This document shows positions 12,139-64,000 of a stretch of DNA of 64,000 bases, in pieces. Each line of letters begins with the position of its first letter. Position 1 is the first letter of the stretch. Below the pieces are notes generated by a model. The model had not been told where the DNA came from and made no database searches. It was given only the letters and a program-made list of their open reading frames with translations. The stretch lies in NCBI RefSeq assembly GCF_001447785.1, contig NW_015161423.1, positions 1 to 64,000 of the forward strand, in the 5' to 3' direction. Source of the DNA: Gekko japonicus (taxonomy: Eukaryota). The position numbers were made by a program, and so were the translations under genes.

Positions 12139-12555
12139 GGAGCTATTTTTCATTGTGAACACTGGGGCGGTTCTCCTTGCCTGCCATGGTCCTGATCCAA
12201 ATGGGGCCCAAATGCATCTGAGAACTGAGTTCCCAGCACAGAACATCATGCACATATCTGACTGCATGGGCCTGGGGAAAATGAAACATGTAGCTGGACA
12301 CTTACAGCGTATCTTAACATAGGGCATCCTTTTTATAGTTTAAAGAAATCCCCTGAAGAGCTGAAAACAGGATAGTCTCAACTGTATTATGTGGAGTTAA
12401 CAAAGATTGCTTTTAGTTATTTAGGACATTTTAAATGCCACCTTTTCACACATATTTGTTTACCTACTCAGAGTCTTTCATGTTCCTGTCTTGGTTCCAC
12501 ATACCAAAGAGATGGGTGCCCAAAGGTGTACTTTGAAGCACAAGTTATATTTTAA

Positions 12556-12635
12556 GTAAAGCTGTGTTCATCTGCTGCAGCAGAAATAAACAGGAGTCTT
12601 GTGGTACTTTAAAGACAAAGAAAGTTTTATTCCAT
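12556..12635 (-). mobile_element. Penelope-like terminal fragment
   Basis: gctgtgttcatctgctgcagcagaaataaacaggagtcttgtggtactttaaagacaaagaaagttttattcc resembles the reverse of the terminal repeat at 4160-4236. Confidence 0.5.
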
Positions 12636-13228
12636 TTTATGTGGGAATACTTTCTTTACTTTACAAGTTTGTTATGTGTCTCCTAGCACTTTAAAAACTA
12701 TTTAATTAAAATACACACAACACTCTCTCAAAACCATATTGCAATTCACAATAAAATAAAAAAACAAGTATATAAAATTTGTCTTGGCTTCCTTGTGTGC
12801 AATTGTAAAAGGGAGCCCCATGAAAAAAGATGCCTACTCAAAGTAAGTTACAGACTGGAGAAGGTCTCTTACCGGCGGCTTCTCCCTGATATCTAGCTTT
12901 ATGTGCATAGGAATGGGGGGCGGGGTGCATTGTGTGAGCCCTGAGAAGTAGGGTCTTTGTGTGCTGCTGTTTCCTGATTGCAGGGTGAGGCCATCAAGGA
13001 CTAACACACCCTTCATGTATGAAGGAACAAAGGAATGTGGTCCAGCGACTATTTTGGCATTAAGTAGCAAAACCTGCTGCCAACCTGCCCAGACTTGCTG
13101 CTCCTGGAAACAAATGAGGCATTTTGTTTTGGATTTCTTTCCATGCAAAGGAGCTACTGTGGAAGTTACTTAATTCACAAACATGTAGCTCAATCGTACT
13201 TATTCTGTTTACCCAGAACTAAACCCCA

Positions 13229-13434
13229 CTGACCTGATCTGGATAGGCCAGTCCAATCAGATCTCCGAAGCCTAAGCAGGGTCAGCCCTGGCCAGTATTT
13301 GGGTGGGAGACCTCCAAGGAGTACCAGGGCCGTGACCTGGAGGCAGGGAAAGGCAAAAACCACCTCCGAGCGCCTCTTGCCTTGAAAACCCCGCAGGGTC
13401 GCCATAAGTCAGCTGCGACTTGGCGGCACTTTCC
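13229..13434 (+). mobile_element. 5S rRNA-derived SINE with RTE/BovB-like tail
   Basis: 5S-like head (cagatctccgaagcctaagcagggtcagccctggccagtatttgggtgggagacctccaaggagtaccagg) followed by gggtcgccataagtcagctgcgacttggcggcac. Confidence 0.8.
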
Positions 13435-13449
13435 CCTGCTAAGTCCCAC

Positions 13450-61625
<48,176 letters not shown>

Positions 61626-61655
61626 GTAAAGTTTTTGTGTGCTTACTCAGAGTAA

Positions 61656-62420
61656 AGTTTATTTGATTTATTTAATAGCCCACCCTCCCTGCTGAAGCAG
61701 GCTCAGGGTGACTTACATAGAATTTATTGAACAGATAAAACAGAATTGAATAAAATCATAATAAATATAAATATAAAACATTACATAAAGTGCTAGTGCG
61801 GATCGTATAGTGATGGCAGAGCATTAGCAGCAACCGACATAAGCATCATAGTCTGGGTCATATCGGCGGAGCACAGGCTGTTAATGGTGGTGTTAGTATT
61901 GAGGACAGGGCCTCTGTTTATTAGATGCGGCTCATTAATCAAAGGGCTGGTGGAAGAGCTCTGTCTTACAGGCCCTTGTTGTTGTTCAGTCGCACAGTCG
62001 AGTCCGACTCTTCGCGACCCCATGGACCAGATCACGCCAGGCCTTCTGGTCTTCCGCCGTCCTCTGAAGTTTGCTCAACTTCATGTTCGTTGCATCTATA
62101 ACACTGTCTAACCATCTCATCCTTTGCCGTCCCTGTCTTCTTTGACCTTCAATCTTTCCCAGCATCAGGGTCTTCTCCAGTGAGTGCTCCCTTCTCATTT
62201 GGTGGCCAAAGTATTTGAGCTTCAGTTTCATTATCTGGCCTTCCAGGGAACAGTCCCTGCGGAACTGTAAAAGGTCCCTGATGTCTTCTGGGAGCTCATT
62301 CCACCAGTATGGAGCCACCACTGAGAAGGCCCTGGCCCTCATCACAGCCAGCCTGGTGTCTCTGGGACCTGGAAGGGCTAAATGATATTGGGACCCCAAT
62401 CATAGTGCTCTCTGGGGAAC
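61656..62420 (-). mobile_element. L2 LINE 3' fragment interrupted by BovB and cut by the LTR element
   Basis: Tail at 61656-61715; minus frame HLALPGPRDTRLAVMRARAFSVVAPYWWNELPEDIR at 62260-62400. Confidence 0.8.
61977..62250 (-). mobile_element. RTE-BovB 3' end
   Basis: SLEGQIMKLKLKYFGHQMRREHSLEKTLMLGKIEGQRRQGRQRMRWLDSV...WRDLVHGVAKSRTRL; (CAA)n tail; flanks ACAGGCCCT/ACAGTCCCT. Confidence 0.9.
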
Positions 62421-63197
62421 TGTCCCGGTATCTCCCGGGACTCCGCCCCCAGCCTCCCGGGGACCCCGGGAAGACCGGCCCAGAAACCCCAGCCCGACCC
62501 AGCCGGCCCTTACCTGGCCGGGGACGGCAGGAACGCCGGAGAGGCCCCGCGACAGCTCCTCGTGGCCCGGACGACAGAAGGAGGGGCGGCGGCAGATGGC
62601 GCGGAGGGCGGCGGGGACGGACGGGCTGCAGAGGCGGCCCGCGACGCTGCATGGGCCGCGGAGGGCGGTGGGAAGCGAGGAGACGGCGCGGGGCGTCCCG
62701 GGGAGAGCGGGTGTGCGCGGAGCCGCCCCCGCTCGTGCCCAACGCTGGGGCCGGCACACGGCCGCAAGGACGCCAAACAGGCGGACGGCCTGCGGCTGGG
62801 AAGGGGCGGGCACTGGAGGGGCGGGACGGCGTTCTCCCCTTTGTATGGGGGCGGAGCTGAGGTGCGGGGGTTGATGGGAGAGAAGGTGAGAATAAAGCTG
62901 CGAGTGGAGCAAGCCGGGGAGGAGACCCTGGACTGGCTAAAGGAGTGGAAGGATTGGCACCCAGAGAGAAAGGAACCTTAACCGCCTCCTGCCAGTACCA
63001 GGCAGACTACAAGGGAGTGGAGTAACTCCCTGCTGAGTCTGGATCTGAGGCATGCTCTGTCTCACGAAAGGTTCTCCGCCTCCCTACCACCTAACTCCAC
63101 CATCTACCCAGGAGTTCTGGAGTCCCGGGGACCGGGTGGACTACGGTTGAGGTTCCGCCGCCCGGGAGGGGAAGGGGGCGGCATCACAGGAACAAGG

Positions 63198-63215
63198 TGG
63201 TGGAGAATGCGGGCA
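63198..63215 (+). promoter_or_regulatory. Primer-binding site complementary to the 3' end of tRNA-Ala
   Basis: TGGTGGAGAATGCGGGCA is the reverse complement of TGCCCGCATTCTCCACCA, the 3' end of vertebrate tRNA-Ala(AGC) including CCA. Confidence 0.88.
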
Positions 63216-63382
63216 TAAACGACCCGCCCCCGCGGCCGCTTCCATACTTGCCGCGCCCCTCAGGGTGGCAACCGCCTTCGGATAGACGCCTAAGCTCCCC
63301 TGCTACCCTTCCTGGCACATCCTCGGCGAGCCAGGAGTCCGTCAAGGCTCGACCAGACGCTACTACCCGGACAGGAACAGCT

Positions 63383-64000
63383 ATGGATTTGGCCCAATTG
63401 GGACAATGGATGGCGGAACACCAGGCCCAGTTGCTCCGCGACATGACGCAACAGCAGCAACAAGCGCAGACCGCCATGATGAGAGACCTGCACCAGGTGG
63501 TCCAGGCGATCGGCCAGGTGGCCACCGGTGGCGGCAGCGGAACACCCCCTCCTCCCAAGACCCCTTGGCCGGCGCTGACCCGTCTGGGGGCCGACGATGA
63601 CGTGGAGGCCTACCTGGAGGCCTTCGAGCGGGCCGCCGCCGCCGCTAAATGGCCTAATGATCAATGGGCCTCGATACTAGGCCCATATCTCACCGGCGAG
63701 GCACAAGCCGCTATGAAGGCGATGGAAAGGGCCGAGGTGACGGACTATGCTAAGCTGAAGGCGGCCATTCTCGACAGATATGAGATAACGCCAGAAACCC
63801 AACGCCAGAGGTTTTGCAGCTTCAGCTATACGACCGGAGGGCGTCCTAGAGCAATCATTGCCGCGCTCAAAGAAGCTGCCACTCGCTGGCTGGCCCCAAC
63901 CACAGACGACGGAAAACGTATAGTAGAACTCGTTGTCATCGAGCAGCTCCTGCTGATCATGCCCCCAAACGCTCGCCAGTGGGTCTCTTGTTGGCGCCCA
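63383..64000 (+). CDS. gag: Retrotransposon Gag with SCAN-like capsid C-terminal domain (3' partial, absent from ORF track)
   Basis: 206 uninterrupted codons: MDLAQLGQWMAEHQAQ...LTRLGADDDVEAYLEAFERAA...WPNDQWASILGPYLTGEAQAA...DYAKLKAAILDRYEITPETQRQRFCSFSYTTGGRPRAIIAALKEAATRWLAP...IVELVVIEQLLLIMPPNARQWV. Confidence 0.88.
   Translation, partial: MDLAQLGQWMAEHQAQLLRDMTQQQQQAQTAMMRDLHQVVQAIGQVATGGGSGTPPPPKTPWPALTRLGADDDVEAYLEAFERAAAAAKWPNDQWASILGPYLTGEAQAAMKAMERAEVTDYAKLKAAILDRYEITPETQRQRFCSFSYTTGGRPRAIIAALKEAATRWLAPTTDDGKRIVELVVIEQLLLIMPPNARQWVSCWRP

Larger units (their letters stand above)
62421..64000 (+). mobile_element. Gmr1-like Gypsy/Ty3 LTR retrotransposon, 5' portion (5' LTR about 62421-63194, PBS, gag)
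   Basis: TGTCCCGG start and CAGGAACA end of a CpG-rich LTR; AATAAA at 62891; PBS at 63198; gag ORF running off the window. Confidence 0.88.

Noticed and set aside
1-13200. Terminal exons of an upstream neighbour such as HKDC1
   Set aside because: No hexokinase-like or other host coding exon could be recognised in this stretch
13229-13330. Functional 5S rRNA gene
   Set aside because: Diverged from 5S, with indels, and fused to a retroelement tail; it is a SINE
62296-62981. Overlapping Arg/Gly/Pro-rich ORFs on both strands
   Set aside because: Artefact of the very GC-rich LTR; the real coding frame starts after the PBS
62416-63193. Reading as a solo LTR flanked by a GGAAC TSD
   Set aside because: The second GGAAC is followed by a PBS and gag, not by the resumed L2, so it is more likely part of the LTR end

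Overview
Vertebrate genomic DNA from a squamate reptile, probably a gecko (inferred from the SINE complement), with three assembly gaps. It holds the CpG-island promoter and coding exons 1-13 of hexokinase 1 (HK1, + strand, 645 codons read by hand, all introns GT-AG); the remaining exons lie beyond the window. The upstream region and introns are dense with transposable elements. These include hAT MITEs with 8-bp target-site duplications (TSDs), L1, L2, CR1, RTE-BovB and Penelope fragments, tRNA- and 5S-derived SINEs, and, at the right edge, a young Gmr1-like Gypsy LTR retrotransposon with a tRNA-Ala primer-binding site and an uninterrupted SCAN-domain gag. The most notable observations are four: (i) a hAT MITE present twice upstream of HK1 that carries an ATG-to-GTAAGT cassette in frame with HK1 exon 2, a candidate transposon-derived alternative first exon replacing the mitochondrial-binding helix; (ii) a TSD-flanked L1 that contains only 5'UTR and ORF1 (half-L1-like); (iii) Penelope terminal repeats with minimal hammerhead ribozyme motifs; (iv) a 58/60-bp hairpin MITE in intron 3. 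Repeat family names come from recognition of sequence and protein motifs, not from database searches, and boundaries without a TSD are approximate.
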